DNA of 64,000 bases from Clostridium sp. 28_17 (GTDB lineage Bacteria > Bacillota > Clostridia > TANB77 > CAG-508), in NCBI GenBank assembly GCA_001916065.1, contig MNRS01000019.1:31948-95947 (forward strand), written 5' to 3'. Each line of letters opens with the position of its first letter. Within the stretch, counting starts at the first letter, position 1. Both the position numbers and the translations under genes were made by a program. The notes under the pieces are model-generated. The model was not told the DNA's origin, searched no databases, and saw nothing but the letters and a program-made list of their open reading frames with translations. This document shows, piece by piece, positions 9,219 through 18,371 of the stretch.

Positions 9219-9659
9219 ATGGTTGTTATAGCAGGGTGTTTAATCGTAAAAAATAATAAGATATTAATGGTAAAAGAAGCCAAAAAGAAATGTTATGGAC
9301 AATGGAACTTTCCAGCAGGCCATGTAGAGGAAAATGAATTGGTAACAGATGCAGCAATTAGAGAGGCTTATGAGGAAACAGGTTGCAAAGTAAAATTAAC
9401 AGGAGTATTGCCAATAAGTACAGCGTATTTAAAAGAAAAAGAAACGGCAATAATTATAAAATTCACAGCAGATGTTATTGAAGAAAATATCAAATTTAAT
9501 ACAAAAGAGATATTAGATGTAAAATGGTTAGATTTAGATAAAGTTAGAAATATGACAAAAGATGAACTAAGAGGATATGATACAGCACTTCAAGACATAA
9601 AAGACCTTGAGAATAAAAAAATATATCCATTAGATATTTTTAATAACAAAATATACTAG
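9219..9659 (+). CDS. NUDIX hydrolase
   Basis: Nudix box GHVEENELVTDAAIREAYEETGCKV; ATG at 9219 with AGGAG RBS. Confidence 0.75.
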   Translation: MVVIAGCLIVKNNKILMVKEAKKKCYGQWNFPAGHVEENELVTDAAIREAYEETGCKVKLTGVLPISTAYLKEKETAIIIKFTADVIEENIKFNTKEILDVKWLDLDKVRNMTKDELRGYDTALQDIKDLENKKIYPLDIFNNKIY

Positions 9660-9713
9660 ACAAAAATAATAAAATTATTAAATATAAAAACATAGATAAT
9701 TTGGAGATAAAAA

Positions 9714-10544
9714 ATGATATATCTAAAAACATTTAAATTAAGTGAAAGCAGAAGCACAGACCCCAATATATATCCATTTTGCATATTCAAAAATAAAGAA
9801 CCAAATATATTTGTATTCGACGACATCACAGTACTATATGGAAACAATGGGAGTGGAAAATCAACAATATTAAACATGATTGCACACAAATTAAACTTAA
9901 AAGGCAAAGAACGAAACTATTCTAGAATTGACGGATGGTGGCCATATTTTGAAAACTATTCAAATGAATGTGAATATGAACTAGGAGTAAACGAATATGG
10001 AAGTAGACTAACTAAAATTCCTACAAATAGTAGATATATAAAAAGCGAAGAGATATTATATGAAATTAGGAAAATACAACAAGATGCAGTCTTACAAGAA
10101 AGCATAGAAAGTACTCTAACCAAAGAAAGAGGAAGAAAAAATGCAAAAGATTTTTTAAAAACAAAAGAAGGTGGAAAACAATTTCCAAGATTTGCATTTG
10201 CGCAAGATAAATATTCAAATGGAGAAACAACATTACAAATATTAGAAGAGGATATTGAACCAGATAAATTATATTTATTAGATGAGCCAGAAGTGTCACT
10301 TTCACCACAAAATCAAGTAAAACTTGCAGAAAAAATAAATGAAATGGCAAGATATCTCGGAGTTCAATTCGTTATAGCAACTCATTCTCCATTTATGTTA
10401 GGAATATTAAATGCAAAAATATACAATTTAGACACAAAAGATTATAGAGTAGAAAAATGGAATGAACTTGAAAATGTAAGATATTTTTATAACTTTTTCA
10501 AAAGTAAAAAAGAAGAATTTGAAGATTATTATAAAAAGATATAA
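9714..10544 (+). CDS. Small ABC-type (AAA_21-like) P-loop ATPase
   Basis: Walker A GNNGSGKST, Walker B LYLLDEPE, H-loop ATHSP; 276 aa, no transmembrane or second domain. Confidence 0.7.
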   Translation: MIYLKTFKLSESRSTDPNIYPFCIFKNKEPNIFVFDDITVLYGNNGSGKSTILNMIAHKLNLKGKERNYSRIDGWWPYFENYSNECEYELGVNEYGSRLTKIPTNSRYIKSEEILYEIRKIQQDAVLQESIESTLTKERGRKNAKDFLKTKEGGKQFPRFAFAQDKYSNGETTLQILEEDIEPDKLYLLDEPEVSLSPQNQVKLAEKINEMARYLGVQFVIATHSPFMLGILNAKIYNLDTKDYRVEKWNELENVRYFYNFFKSKKEEFEDYYKKI

Positions 10545-10587
10545 AGAAGAAACAACAAGATAAATAAAAATAGAGGAGGATATATCT

Positions 10588-11166
10588 GTGAAAATAGGAA
10601 TAGATTTAGATGGTGTAGTTATAGATAGTGAAACAACATTCAGGACTTATGAAGAAATCTTTGATATAGATATTTTAAAAGGAAACAATCTAATAAATAA
10701 AAAAGAACCAAAATTTCAAGCTAGATATAATTGGACAAATGAGCAAGAAAAAGAATTTATTGAAAAATATTTCATGACAGTATCAAAAGAAAGTAATTTA
10801 ATGTCAGGATTTGTAGGCATATACAATTTATTAAAAGAACAAGGACACGAATTTGTCGTTATTACTGCAAGAGGTGGTTTTATAAAAGAAATGAAAGATG
10901 ATGCAATAAGATTATTAGAAGAAAATAATATTAAGTTTGATAAATATTATTGGAATGTTGAAGATAAATTAGAAATTTGTAAAAATGAAAAAGTAGACAT
11001 TATGATTGATGATGATTGGAAAATTATAAAAAGACTAGCAGATAATGAAGTAAAAACATTATATTTTAGGGATACAAACTTGATGAAATTAGAAGAAAAT
11101 CAGTACATCAAAGAAGTTAATAATTGGGGAGAAATTTATAGATATATAAAATGTAATAAAACATAG
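10588..11166 (+). CDS. HAD-superfamily 5'(3')-deoxyribonucleotidase-like protein
   Basis: GTG start after AGGAGG; N-terminal KIGIDLDGVV HAD motif I as in NT5C family. Confidence 0.55.
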   Translation: MKIGIDLDGVVIDSETTFRTYEEIFDIDILKGNNLINKKEPKFQARYNWTNEQEKEFIEKYFMTVSKESNLMSGFVGIYNLLKEQGHEFVVITARGGFIKEMKDDAIRLLEENNIKFDKYYWNVEDKLEICKNEKVDIMIDDDWKIIKRLADNEVKTLYFRDTNLMKLEENQYIKEVNNWGEIYRYIKCNKT

Positions 11167-11177
11167 AGGTGAAATAA

Positions 11178-11237
11178 ATGAATAAAATAATTAAAAATTT
11201 AGCAATGGCATATGGAATTATAGAAAATGAAAAATAA
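11178..11237 (+). pseudogene. Internally deleted remnant of a Ppx/GppA paralog (start fused to end)
   Basis: 19-codon ORF MNKIIKNLAMAYGIIENEK; RBS plus first 5 codons match start of 8314 gene and last 12 codons match its end (AMAYGIIKDGDNKK). Confidence 0.55.
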
Positions 11238-11271
11238 ATGACATATTATGAAAAAAAGAGAGGAAATATTC

Positions 11272-11685
11272 ATGTTAAAAATAAATTTAGGTGGAACTTG
11301 CGGTAATAGCAAGTGGAGAAATGAATTAATTGAAAAATTAAATAAAAAAATTGAATATAGAAATCCAGTTGTGAAAAACGGAACATGGAAATATAACAAA
11401 ACGATAAAATTAAAGAAAGAAAATGATATGAGAGAATGTGATTATTTAGTTTATGTAATAACACCAAGACAAAAAGGTTTTAGTTCAATTGCATCAGCCG
11501 TTGATTATAGCAATAAAGTTCCTAAAAAGGTTATATTTTGTATTTTAAAAGAATATGAAAATGAAAAATTTGAAGGTCACCAATTAGAAAGTATTAATTA
11601 TGTTGAAGATATAATAAAAAATAATGGTGGACTAATTCTAGAAAATTTAGATCAAATTGCTGAATTTTTAAATAATAAATGTTAA
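11272..11685 (+). CDS. Nucleoside 2-deoxyribosyltransferase-like (DNPH1/Rcl-like, SLOG-fold) protein
   Basis: Size and CDYLVYVITP....SSIASAVDY region resemble the flavodoxin-like deoxyribosyltransferase family; assignment tentative. Confidence 0.4.
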   Translation: MLKINLGGTCGNSKWRNELIEKLNKKIEYRNPVVKNGTWKYNKTIKLKKENDMRECDYLVYVITPRQKGFSSIASAVDYSNKVPKKVIFCILKEYENEKFEGHQLESINYVEDIIKNNGGLILENLDQIAEFLNNKC

Positions 11686-11705
11686 AAAATTTTAAGAGGA
11701 AAATT

Positions 11706-12311
11706 ATGATAAAAAGATATAAACAAAACGAAACAGATACATTAGCAAAAATACTAAAAAATGATGGAGTAATTAGTGTTCCAACAGACACGGTATATGG
11801 AGTATGTGCCAGAATAAACTCAAAAAAAGCACATGACAATTTAGTAAAAACAAAAAATAGACCAATTACAAAACCATTTCCAGTAATGTGTTCAGATGAA
11901 GAGCAAATAAAAAGTATAGCAATAGTAAATGAAAAGGCAGAAAAACTAATAAAAGAATTTATGCCAGGTCCAATAACACTAATTTTAGAAAAAAGACCAG
12001 AAGCACCAGAATATGTTAACAATGGAAAAACAACCATTGCAATACGAATGGCAACATCAAAAGTTGTAAAAGAATTAATTATAAAAACAGGATGTCCAAT
12101 ATTTATGAGCAGTGCCAATCAAAGTGGAGAGCCAACATGTACTAACCTAGATGAAATAGAAAATGAATGTCCAAATCTAGACGGAATGATGGAAGGTACT
12201 GTCAAATTTGGAAAAGGAAGTACAATAGTTGACTGTGTTTCAAAAGAATTAAAGATTTTAAGAGAGGGACCAATTACAATAGAACAAATTAGAGAAGTTC
12301 TTGAGGAATAA
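11706..12311 (+). CDS. tsaC: L-threonylcarbamoyladenylate synthase TsaC (YrdC/Sua5 family)
   Basis: KILKNDGVISVPTDTVYGVCAR...NRPITKPFPVM...IAIRM...P.FMSSANQSGEP. Confidence 0.8.
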   Translation: MIKRYKQNETDTLAKILKNDGVISVPTDTVYGVCARINSKKAHDNLVKTKNRPITKPFPVMCSDEEQIKSIAIVNEKAEKLIKEFMPGPITLILEKRPEAPEYVNNGKTTIAIRMATSKVVKELIIKTGCPIFMSSANQSGEPTCTNLDEIENECPNLDGMMEGTVKFGKGSTIVDCVSKELKILREGPITIEQIREVLEE

Positions 12312-12395
12312 GAGCCATAAAATTAAATATTAGTCGATAAAAATTTTAAAAGAAATGTTTAGTCAATATTAAGTTGTAGAGGAGATTTTATTATT

Positions 12396-13049
12396 GTGAA
12401 TAAAGAATATATAGAAATTAATAAAAACGCATATGAAATTTTAGCAAATGAGTATAATACTAGAAATTATAAAATTGGCTATGATTTTTGGAATAATATA
12501 TATGATGATTTGAATTTAAAAAATAAAGAGAATATTAAAATATTAGAAATTGGTCCAGGACATGGAAGAAATATTAAATTTTTTAAACAATATAATAATA
12601 AATTTAAAATAACTGCATTAGAAATTTCTAAAAATATGTGTAATATTATAAAAAAAGATCATCCAGACGTACAAATTATAAACGATAACATTTTGAATTA
12701 TAGTTTTGAAAATGACCAATTTGATATTATTCAAATGATAGCTGTTATCCATTTATTTCCAATAGAAGATGCTAAAATTGTATTAAAAAATGTTAAGAAA
12801 TCTTTAAAAGAAGATGGATATTTAATTATAGGAACTACTATTAATGAAAAAGATATGGAAGGTTATTATGAAAAAGAAGATTATAATATTAAAGTAAAAA
12901 GATTTAGACATAAGTATACTAAAGAAACTTATGAGAAATTATTAAATGAATGTGGATTTGAAATATATAAACCATATTTTGTTAATGAAAATGATAGAAA
13001 TAAATTATGGTATGATGCTGTATGTAAAAAAGTTAATAAAAAATATTAA
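12396..13049 (+). CDS. Class I SAM-dependent methyltransferase
   Basis: ILEIGPGHGRN motif I; acidic motif II. Confidence 0.7.
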   Translation: MNKEYIEINKNAYEILANEYNTRNYKIGYDFWNNIYDDLNLKNKENIKILEIGPGHGRNIKFFKQYNNKFKITALEISKNMCNIIKKDHPDVQIINDNILNYSFENDQFDIIQMIAVIHLFPIEDAKIVLKNVKKSLKEDGYLIIGTTINEKDMEGYYEKEDYNIKVKRFRHKYTKETYEKLLNECGFEIYKPYFVNENDRNKLWYDAVCKKVNKKY

Positions 13050-13284
13050 AAGTAGATTTATATGAAACAGTATATTGCTAAAAGAAGTCAGAAAAGTAAT
13101 AAAAAAAGGTGAAGTTGGAGTTACATTTATGAGCAAAAATAAAGTAAACAATAACTGATAGAAAGTACTTTTGAATTAAATCTTATTGGCTGATATCATA
13201 GAAAAATAAGCAATTCTACTAACAGTCGATTGCTAAAAAAGATATAAAGTGATAAGATACAAAAAATTCAAAGGAGGTTTTAAA

Positions 13285-15171
13285 ATGGACAACGAAAAAT
13301 TTGGAAAATTCATAAAAAAATTAAGAAAAGAAAAAGGAATAACACAAAAAGAATTAGGAGAAAAATTAAATATTACAGATAAAGCAATATCCAAATGGGA
13401 AAGAGGATTAAGTTTTCCAGATATAACAATGCTAAATATATTAGCAGAATTTTTTGAAATTGATGTATCAGAATTATTAAATGGAGAAAAAGGAGCAAAA
13501 AAAGATATTGATATAGATAAAGAAATTTCTGAAGCAATAGAAAAATATAAAAATATTGAAGAAAAAAGAAAAAAGAAAATTAACAAAACAAAGAAAACAA
13601 TAGGAGTAATATCAACTATTATATTAATTATTTCATTATTAATACAAATTGCATATTTATTTGTATTGAAAAGACATAATTATGAGTATGTAATTGATAT
13701 TTTAGAATACATAATTAATCAAATAATTATAATTTCAGCTACAATGAGTTTGATTTTATTAACTAAAAAAGAAAAAATTAAGAATATAATTATATATATT
13801 CTCTGTATAATGTTTTCTGTAATTAATATTTCATTTATGTGTAACAATGGATTCAAAAATAAATGTATAATAAGTTTTTCAAATGATTTTTCAAATGAAC
13901 TTGTTGTTAAAACAAATAAAAATACAGGAGCAATAAAAATATATAGAAACCAAAAATTCTTTTTATTTGCAAAAGAAAAAGAGCAACTAGATTACGAATT
14001 AGATGGAAAAATAAAAAAACAATGGCTAACAAATGATGTATGTGGAATAACTTATAAAGATAAAAATGGTATATTACAAGAATATGTTGTTACATATGGA
14101 GATAGAGGCAATGGAATATCATATTATTATGTAACATCAGCATTAATAGGCGATTGGCAAGTATTCACACAATATGGTAATCCGACTCAAATGTTAGTTG
14201 ATAGTAAAGGTATAACAATAAAAAAGAATGAAAAAAGTGAACTTTTTACCTATGAAAATTGCAAACAATATGGAACAACAGCATTGGTATTATATAAAAA
14301 TGATATACCTAAATATATAATTGCATTAGATAAAAATTGTGAAATTGATGAAAAAACATATATTATAAAAAAAGGTGGAACAATAATATTATCTGAAATT
14401 TCAATGGATAAAACAATTTCTGAATCATTATATTGTATGACATTTAAAGATGAAAAAGATTTAGGTAATTATAGTGTTGTAAGTGTTGCAAAAGATAGTT
14501 ATAAAATTCAAGATGGAATAATGTATATAAGTTTTGATGGAAAAAATACAGTAGAAGTACCTGGAGATTTTTCAAAAATGGTAGATAGTTATAATGAATA
14601 CAATTATCAAATATCAAACGAAAAAACAATTTTTTATTATATAAAAGATTCAAAAAGATATTTAGTTTATTCTGATGATATGGGAAATAATTGGACTACT
14701 GTAGAGATAGAAAATGAGTCTTCAATACAAAATATACATTTTATAAATTCAAATATAGGATTTATGCTTAAATTTGAAGATGTTGCAATGGGAATAGCAT
14801 TTGGTAAAATTAGCAAAACTGTTGATGGAGGAAAAACTTGGAAAGATATATATTTTGGAATGGGAGATGAAAAGAAAATATTTAAGACATCTAGTCAAAT
14901 AAAATTTATTAGTGAAAATATTGGCTTTTTAACAATGCCTTCTGCTGGAGGAGAAACTTCTGAAATGTATATTACAAAAGATGGAGGAAATAGTTTTAAT
15001 AAATTAGAAATTATAAATAGTGATATTTATGATTATTATAATTTGCCAACATTTGAAGATGGAGTATTAAGTATAAAAATAACACAAGGTTCAGACGGAG
15101 ATTATAATGGTGGGGATTATAAGGTCTATTATTCAAAAGACTATGGTGATAGTTGGAGCTTGGAAAAATGA
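13285..15171 (+). CDS. Membrane-anchored XRE-family HTH regulator with extracytoplasmic BNR/Asp-box (Ycf48-like) domain
   Basis: N-terminal HTH (GITQKELGEKLNITDKAISKWERG), three TM segments, C-terminal repeats DDMGNNWT, DGGKTW, DGGNSF, DYGDSW. Confidence 0.65.
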   Translation: MDNEKFGKFIKKLRKEKGITQKELGEKLNITDKAISKWERGLSFPDITMLNILAEFFEIDVSELLNGEKGAKKDIDIDKEISEAIEKYKNIEEKRKKKINKTKKTIGVISTIILIISLLIQIAYLFVLKRHNYEYVIDILEYIINQIIIISATMSLILLTKKEKIKNIIIYILCIMFSVINISFMCNNGFKNKCIISFSNDFSNELVVKTNKNTGAIKIYRNQKFFLFAKEKEQLDYELDGKIKKQWLTNDVCGITYKDKNGILQEYVVTYGDRGNGISYYYVTSALIGDWQVFTQYGNPTQMLVDSKGITIKKNEKSELFTYENCKQYGTTALVLYKNDIPKYIIALDKNCEIDEKTYIIKKGGTIILSEISMDKTISESLYCMTFKDEKDLGNYSVVSVAKDSYKIQDGIMYISFDGKNTVEVPGDFSKMVDSYNEYNYQISNEKTIFYYIKDSKRYLVYSDDMGNNWTTVEIENESSIQNIHFINSNIGFMLKFEDVAMGIAFGKISKTVDGGKTWKDIYFGMGDEKKIFKTSSQIKFISENIGFLTMPSAGGETSEMYITKDGGNSFNKLEIINSDIYDYYNLPTFEDGVLSIKITQGSDGDYNGGDYKVYYSKDYGDSWSLEK

Positions 15172-15764
15172 TTGATACAAATATTATTTTGCATTTTTTA
15201 ATTATCCAAGAGATAAACGAAAGTGATTTTGATAATATTTTTGCACAAATTATTGTTATGAAAGATTCTGATAGTTTAATAAAATATTATGATGTAATAA
15301 AAGGAGAAGAATTTATGTCTGACAGTAAAGTAAATTATACTTTGCCTGTATCAAAAGGTGGAATAGTTGATACATCAGAACCTTTTAAATATTCTTGTGT
15401 AATAGCTTATCTTCCAAATTATATGATGAGTAATGGCTATTTTAATGTTATAGTACAAAATGAAAAGATAAAAGTAAATAAAGAAACAGCATTAAACATA
15501 GCAAAATCTTATTTAAAGAATTTGAAATATAAAGGGTGTACTAACTTTTTGGATTTGAATTATATTAGAGTTTCAAAAGCTTATGAAAACAATTTCTTAA
15601 ACATAGAAGATAAAGAAAATCCAAAAGAAGATACTAATAAAAAATATACTGTTTGGAAAGTATTATCATATTCTGAAGAAGATCCTTGTACTTCTGCAAT
15701 TTTATATATTGATGCTAATACAGGGAAAATAATTGGTGGAAAAATAAATTATGCAACAGATTAA
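15168..15764 (+). CDS. Hypothetical protein, PepSY-like C-terminus
   Basis: ATGA overlap with upstream stop; YTVWKV...ILYIDANTGKIIGG. Confidence 0.35.
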   Translation: MIDTNIILHFLIIQEINESDFDNIFAQIIVMKDSDSLIKYYDVIKGEEFMSDSKVNYTLPVSKGGIVDTSEPFKYSCVIAYLPNYMMSNGYFNVIVQNEKIKVNKETALNIAKSYLKNLKYKGCTNFLDLNYIRVSKAYENNFLNIEDKENPKEDTNKKYTVWKVLSYSEEDPCTSAILYIDANTGKIIGGKINYATD

Positions 15765-15808
15765 TTTTTAAATATCAAACATTAGCTAATATTTATGGAG
15801 AAAAAATT

Positions 15809-16378
15809 ATGAAAATAAAACAAATAATAAAAAATATAATTATATCAATAATTATTGGGATAATATTAGGAAGTATTACTGAATTTGCATTAATATTAAA
15901 CATAAGTTGGTTGATAAGAATAACTCAATCTTTCACATTTTGGGGGATTATTATTGGCATATGTGCTTTTATATCTAAAGATTATGCACTATCGCTTATA
16001 AATCCGATTTTAGTTATAACTCTCATGAATGCTACTTATTATATAATTAGGTTAATAATGTCGGGTTATACTAATATTGAAGCGTGGAAATTATTTACTT
16101 TAACAGGTATAGCAGGTTCAATATATATTGGAACTATAATTTCATTTATAAAAATAGGTTATCATAAACAAAAAAATATTTTTATTAAATATAATTTCTT
16201 TCTTATGACTATTATTGGAATATTATGCACAATATATGGATGGTATAATGTTTCTATGTCACATAATTTATTTTATAATATTGATTTAGGAATAATTGTT
16301 GGATTTGCAATTAGTATTATATGGAACAGCAGTATTACTAGAAGAAGTTGGAAAAGTAATAAAAAAAGGTGGAGTTAA
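15809..16378 (+). CDS. Integral membrane protein
   Basis: Six predicted hydrophobic helices. Confidence 0.5.
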   Translation: MKIKQIIKNIIISIIIGIILGSITEFALILNISWLIRITQSFTFWGIIIGICAFISKDYALSLINPILVITLMNATYYIIRLIMSGYTNIEAWKLFTLTGIAGSIYIGTIISFIKIGYHKQKNIFIKYNFFLMTIIGILCTIYGWYNVSMSHNLFYNIDLGIIVGFAISIIWNSSITRRSWKSNKKRWS

Positions 16379-16384
16379 AGAGTA

Positions 16385-16681
16385 ATGTTTGAGGCTTGTA
16401 GATGGGAAGAAAGAGGTGCGAGAGTAAATTCTATATCTCCTGGAATTATAGTAATACCACTTGCAATAGACGAATTTAATGGACCTAGAGGAGATTTTTA
16501 TAAGAATATGTTTGCAAAATGTCCAGCAGGTAGACCAGGTACAGCAGATGAAGTAGCAAATGTTGCAGAACTTATAATGAGTGAAAAAGGAGCATTTATA
16601 ACAGGCTCAGACTTTTTGATAGATGGTGGAGCAACAGCTTCATATTATTATGGAAAATTAAAACCAGAAACAAAGGAGTAA
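16385..16681 (+). pseudogene. C-terminal fragment of a short-chain dehydrogenase
   Basis: RVNSISPGII...GRPGTADEVANVAELIMSEKGAFITGSDFLIDGGATAS matches SDR C-terminus; Rossmann N-terminus absent; locally higher GC. Confidence 0.5.
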
Positions 16682-16839
16682 AATTGATTTTTTAAAGTAG
16701 TGCTTAATTGTAGTAAAACAATTAGCACACATCTCCTTTTATTTTCAAAGAACTACTTGAAATATAGTAGTTCTTTTTGGTATAATCATAACAAAAAATT
16801 ACAAATTTTTGTAGTAACATTCTATTAAAGGAGAAATAC

Positions 16840-17676
16840 ATGGAAAAAACCAAAAAAGTCATTATATTAGATTTAGACGAAACTTTAGAACATGGAATAT
16901 ATCAAAGTAGATATGATGTAGGCAATCAAATGACAATGGTATTAAGACCCAATCTAGATATATTACTTAAAAAATTATATGAAGTAAAAAAACAGGATAT
17001 TGATATTATACTATGCACAACAGCAAGAAATGATTGGATAGATAGATTTTTTAAATTAGCACCAGAATTTAAAAATGTATTTGATAAAATATACTCTCGT
17101 GATAATGAAGGCGAATGGAAATATTATAATAAGGATATATACCCACTTGAAAATAAGGCTCAAAATGAAAATATTAATTTAGAAACTATGAAACCTATAA
17201 CTACTTTTGGATATGATTCTATATTATTTGTAGATGACAACAAAATAGAAGAATTAAGATTGAAGATGTTATTTGAAATGTCAAAAGGAAAACTGCAAAA
17301 AGATGTAACATTTTTTACAGGATTTGGCTTTTACGGTGGTGTTATTGAATGGGATAAAATGCTAATGTATAAAAAGATATCAAATAAAGATTTAAAATTT
17401 TCTAAAAAATTAAATGAATATTTAGAAGCCGAAAGAAGTAATCCAGGTTGTAATATGATTTGTTCAGTAATAGATAAATTTATCAAAAAAGATTTAATAT
17501 ACGGTTTGAATATTGTAGATGATGAATATTCAAAAGAATATGATGTTTTTAATAATAGATTAAAAGCTTTAAAATTAGAATTAGAAGAATTAAGTAATAA
17601 GTTTGAAGAAAAAGATTTCAGATATACTACTGAGGAATTAAAAAAATACATATGTAAGGATAGAAAATACCTTTAA
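16840..17676 (+). CDS. HAD-superfamily phosphatase, FCP1/NIF-like (DLDETL) with coiled-coil C-terminus
   Basis: VIILDLDETLEHG motif I like NLI-interacting-factor phosphatases; LFVDD motif. Confidence 0.5.
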   Translation: MEKTKKVIILDLDETLEHGIYQSRYDVGNQMTMVLRPNLDILLKKLYEVKKQDIDIILCTTARNDWIDRFFKLAPEFKNVFDKIYSRDNEGEWKYYNKDIYPLENKAQNENINLETMKPITTFGYDSILFVDDNKIEELRLKMLFEMSKGKLQKDVTFFTGFGFYGGVIEWDKMLMYKKISNKDLKFSKKLNEYLEAERSNPGCNMICSVIDKFIKKDLIYGLNIVDDEYSKEYDVFNNRLKALKLELEELSNKFEEKDFRYTTEELKKYICKDRKYL

Positions 17677-17715
17677 TAATATATAAAGAAATTATTAGGA
17701 GGAAATTATATAAAA

Positions 17716-18357
17716 ATGAAAGAAAAAATAAAAGAAATTACAAAGAAAAATTTTAAATGGCTTGTGTTATTTATAGCATTAATCGGATTTCTAGCATTAG
17801 CAGAAGATGTATTCAATAAAGAAATAATGAATGGAGATATAATTGGATACAAAATAATATCAACATTTTTAATATCAGATTTTGCAACACCAATAGCCAA
17901 ATTTATCACAAACTTTGGCGGTGCGATATTTTTAATTACATTAACAGTAATATTAGTTATATTAATAAAAAATAAAAAAATAGGGCTATCTATATTTTCA
18001 AATTTGGTAATAATTACGGTATTAAATCAACTATTAAAAAGAATATTACAAAGGCCACGACCTACAGAATTTAGAATAATCGAAGAAACAGGCTACAGTT
18101 TTCCATCAGGTCATTCTATGGTAAGTATGGCGTTTTATGGATATCTAATATATTTAATTTATAAATATGTAGAAAATAGATATGTTAAATGGATTTCAAT
18201 TGTACTTTTGAGCATTTTGATTTGTGCCATCGGTGTAAGTAGAATTTATTTAGGTGTACATTATACAAGTGATGTTTTAGGTGGTTTTTTAGTATCAATT
18301 TCTTATTTGATATTATTTATAAGTACAGTCAATAAATTTTTTATTGAAAAAGATTAA
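17716..18357 (+). CDS. PAP2-family phosphatase (undecaprenyl-diphosphatase-like)
   Basis: KRILQRPRP, PSGHS, SRIYLGVHYTSDVLGG motifs. Confidence 0.75.
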   Translation: MKEKIKEITKKNFKWLVLFIALIGFLALAEDVFNKEIMNGDIIGYKIISTFLISDFATPIAKFITNFGGAIFLITLTVILVILIKNKKIGLSIFSNLVIITVLNQLLKRILQRPRPTEFRIIEETGYSFPSGHSMVSMAFYGYLIYLIYKYVENRYVKWISIVLLSILICAIGVSRIYLGVHYTSDVLGGFLVSISYLILFISTVNKFFIEKD

Positions 18358-18371
18358 AATTATAGGAGAAT

